This document shows, one piece after another, positions 63,982 to 64,000 of a stretch of 64,000 bases of DNA. The notes below the pieces were generated by a model that saw nothing but the letters and a program-made list of their open reading frames with translations, did not search any database and had not been told where the DNA came from. Source of the DNA: a virus; IMG/VR virus record IMGVR_UViG_3300009177_000032, positions 1 to 64,000 of that record. The stretch is one strand, 5' to 3'. The position numbers and the translations under genes were made by a program. Each line of letters starts with the position of its first letter. Positions within the stretch are counted from its first letter, which is position 1.

Positions 63982-64000
63982 GAATTTCCCGTACTGCTCG

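Noticed and set aside
1-64000. tRNA/rRNA genes, reverse transcriptase/DGR, transposase, prophage att junction
   Set aside because: No cloverleaf, RT or DDE motifs, template/variable repeat pair or host genes recognised by eye; tRNAscan and HMM scans were not run

Overview
The whole 64 kb window looks like part of a tailed dsDNA phage genome. I saw no host housekeeping genes, tRNA/rRNA genes, CRISPR array or att junction. Secreted FN3 and 'LQxSxDLxxW...FFR' modules and A/C-rich, SD-less leaders suggest a Verrucomicrobiota (Pedosphaera-like) host, which is inference. Layout from left to right: scaffold-like gene (runs off the left edge) and portal-like gene on the minus strand, divergent from a lone terminase large subunit; membrane, lipoprotein, FN3 and LamG genes (6-11 kb); a long leftward operon (11-31 kb) with a Tad1-like sponge, DUF5131, GroES, HNH, an N4/N6 MTase, an array of short genes with identical 5' junctions, a RusA-like locus, J-domain, KH, DnaB, C5-MTase, DnaC-like loader, initiator, RecE-like nuclease and two ATPases; a repeat-rich non-coding region with a strong GC-skew inversion and a candidate structured RNA (33.7-35.2 kb); rightward small early-type genes; a glycosyltransferase-like/methyltransferase cluster containing a tyrosine recombinase (43-50 kb); and a 4323-aa polyvalent protein (adenine MTase, strawberry-notch-type helicase, zincin motif). 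Most notable: (1) a cassette-like array in which unrelated small ORFs all begin with the same ~20-bp 'MANEN' junction; (2) repeated dual-frame coding, namely a C5-MTase with motif IX and six TRD-like repeats in an alternative frame, a RusA whose catalytic segment is in the overlapping frame, two genes nested in the giant ORF, and an antisense membrane gene; (3) a recurring promoter architecture predicting leaderless mRNAs; (4) a hairpin whose loop is complementary to a motif upstream of three early genes. All family assignments come from motif recognition by eye, not database searches.
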